From Thelocarpon superellum (taxonomy: Eukaryota): a stretch of 64,000 nucleotides of DNA. A program made the translations under genes and the position numbers. The stretch covers positions 1-64,000 of the forward strand of contig JAPEUG010000044.1 in NCBI GenBank assembly GCA_026025795.1, written 5' to 3'. Every line of letters begins with the position of its first letter. The stretch's first letter is position 1. The notes under the pieces are model-generated. The model was not told where the DNA came from and ran no database searches. It was given only the letters and a program-made list of their open reading frames with translations. Shown piece by piece: positions 63,387 to 64,000 of this stretch.

Positions 63387-64000
63387 TCAGCGCGATAGAC
63401 AGCGGAACTCTTCTCGCATCGTCACCTTGCTAGAGCGCTCCGTTCCCTCCGGGTCCTCACTCTTGAAATGGCGTCCGCTCAGTATGTGTGGTATTGCGTA
63501 CGGAGATGTCCGGTCCACGTCGTTGAACTTCGCTGACAATGCTAGGGTCAATGTGGCTACGGCCCTTTGAACCCCGAGACTGATGTTGCCTGTCCAGTAG
63601 ACCCATGCTACCACACACGGTGTGGGTAAGTTGCCTTCCTCATTCTGTCGGTAGTCGCGAATTCTGACATCCTTCCAGGTGTTGCAAAATGGTAATGAAA
63701 AATAAGAAGAAGCGGCACCACCATCATCATGACCACCACCACCACCACCACGACAGCAACCAAAGCCATCAGCTGCTTTGAAGTTGTGTCGGAGGGTGAC
63801 GAATTTTGACGACCAAAGCTCGATGAGATGGATGACTTGAGATGTGGGAAGAAGCGTTTGCCCTCAGGTTCAGCATAGCGGCATCCAGCATAGAACTCCA
63901 AGGCTCGCTGCCGCAATAACATTACCCAAACTCTTACCAAATCTTTCCATTGCTCGTGCATATGTAGAACGGCCGGGAATTTCGAGGCTTTGAGTGACGA
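63387..64000 (-). CDS. Possible 3' part of a hypothetical spliced gene running off the window
   Basis: One minus-strand frame is open from about 63863 to the stop at 63387 (QTLLPTSQVIHLIELW...EEFRCLSR*). It is preceded by a GTAAGA donor (about 63938) with a plausible acceptor. No family recognised. Confidence 0.3.

Noticed and set aside
1..64000. tRNA/rRNA genes, CRISPR arrays, intact transposons or a secondary-metabolite cluster
   Set aside because: By eye I saw no tRNA T-arm/B-box cloverleaf, spaced repeat array, transposase/RT/integrase motif or PKS/NRPS backbone gene. Small RNAs could still be missed without tRNAscan or Infernal.

Overview
GC-rich, intron-containing eukaryotic DNA from a filamentous ascomycete (Pezizomycotina-type genes; short GT-AG introns with CTRAC branch sites). 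About 20 spliced housekeeping or conserved genes can be modelled by hand: AHA1, a Pho85/Pcl cyclin, FMC1, an EngB/YihA GTPase, CDC4, a DUF1295 protein, an S10 carboxypeptidase, FBP1, a Tsp3-type tetraspanin, TFC4, VTS1, an F-box/LRR protein, an ASPM-like CH/IQ protein, a two-LysM secreted protein, ureidoglycolate lyase, a C2H2 transcription factor, an AhpD-like protein and Ap4A phosphorylase, plus several hypothetical genes. No tRNA, rRNA, CRISPR array or intact transposon was recognised. The most striking signal is in the C2H2 zinc-finger gene. Its frame is interrupted by one in-frame UGA (58599-58601) in a CAR-YYA readthrough context (UGA-CAA-UCA). A stem-loop starts 9 nt after the stop, and 140 more codons of domain-like coding sequence follow. 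I found no frame-preserving GT-AG intron that removes the stop, so it looks like programmed stop-codon readthrough. The same gene also has two in-frame alternative 5' splice donors. All gene models and family calls come from reading by eye; no database searches were run.
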